Source: Marsupella aquatica
Lineage: Eukaryota; Plantae; Marchantiophyta
DNA length: 64,000 nt
NCBI GenBank assembly: GCA_973895155.1
Contig: OZ316892.1
Coordinates: 2,483,223 to 2,547,222, forward strand
Direction: 5' to 3'
Under the pieces are notes generated by a model. It saw only the letters and a program-made list of their open reading frames with translations. It did no database searches and was not told the origin of the DNA. Position 1 is the stretch's first letter. The number at the start of each line of letters is the position of its first letter. A program made the translations under genes and the position numbers. Below are positions 62,998-64,000 of this stretch, in pieces.

Positions 62998-64000
62998 AAT
63001 ATGAGTTTTCTTTGAATATTAATAGAATTGATGACAAAAACAGATGTGTATGACATCATTTTCACATATGGTAATATTGTTCTTTCTATCACATAACCTT
63101 TGGTGGGGCCTAGAGTCATGGTCTAATGGCTTAACTCTGAAGCTTAGACCCCAACTCTAGCTTCCAATGGCAAATTATGCTTAAGACTGTTGAACAAGAA
63201 TATGAAGCTTGGATGGACCAAGGAATTTCATGGATTGCCAAAGTTGGGATGGATCTTGGCTGAATTGTGACCTGTAAAGGGCTCCTGGCCATTTGCAACC
63301 GATTTCCATTAGTTTATTTGCCATGGTACTCAGTCACTTCTCATGCACAAGCTACTCAGCACATTCTAGCTTGACAAATATGAAATGTCCTTCTCCAACG
63401 TGGTGCTCATGCACAAACTACTCAGGGCGTCATTCACAAAAGTGAAGTTTTTTTTTTTTTTTTTTTAATTTTTTTTTTTAAATTTCTATCCCAAAGTGAC
63501 AACTCGATGTTCATTCCACCGTACTCAGGGTGTAGAGGACTTGTCACTTTGGGCTTTGTTGGAGTTGGTTTATAATATTTTGCATTCCTTGGCAATGGAG
63601 CAAACAATTTTAAAAAAAGCTTAACCTATTTTAGGTAATAGATTGGACATCAGAGAATATGCTGGGAGCATTTGAGCTTGGAGAGAGATCTTGTTCGATA
63701 AATGCACAAGTTTGCCAAAAGCCAGCATTTTACACTCGCCGAGGCACCTGCAAAACTACTTACAACATCCTTTTCAAAGCAACCAGTAGTGTGAATTTTG
63801 GGGTACCTTAAGGGTTGTTTGATGATGTTGGGGTACATAGGCAGCTTTATATCTCATTATTTTAAACCATATTTTGCGGTGTATTTGTAGGGTTGAAGTT
63901 GAGCACAGTGCATAGCCGTGGCTGTCAGAAGTAGTGTCTGTATACGCGATTGCACCAGATCGACGAATCCCAACTATTTATCTAGGGTACAACGACTTAC

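Overview
Eukaryotic nuclear DNA from a land plant. It has GT-AG introns, plant-specific protein families and TTTAGGG telo-boxes; the compact introns and a candidate cilium-type gene suggest a bryophyte or other seed-free plant (inference). I spliced six genes by hand, and all give intact frames: a conserved uncharacterised protein with a signal peptide (+, 7 exons), an intronless TAF10 (-), a peroxisomal acyl-activating enzyme ending in SKL (+, 3 exons), a Methyltransf_16 protein methyltransferase (-, 6 exons), a TSNAXIP1-like coiled-coil protein (-, 9 exons) and a GT92/DUF23 glycosyltransferase (-, 3 exons). There is also an unprocessed ERI1-type exonuclease pseudogene fragment. The rest is repeat-rich: a probable Athila/Tat-type solo LTR, hairpin/foldback elements, two inverted copia-like LTR remnants, possible LINE relics and many ~90-135 bp tandem arrays. 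The most unusual structure is three unrelated satellite arrays filling the divergent TAF10/AAE promoter region; one derives from a dispersed repeat and one has a dimeric higher-order structure. I found no CRISPR array, rRNA or tRNA, and no clear-cut new biological system; the findings are leads. Family names come from recalled motifs rather than database searches, and identity figures are visual estimates.
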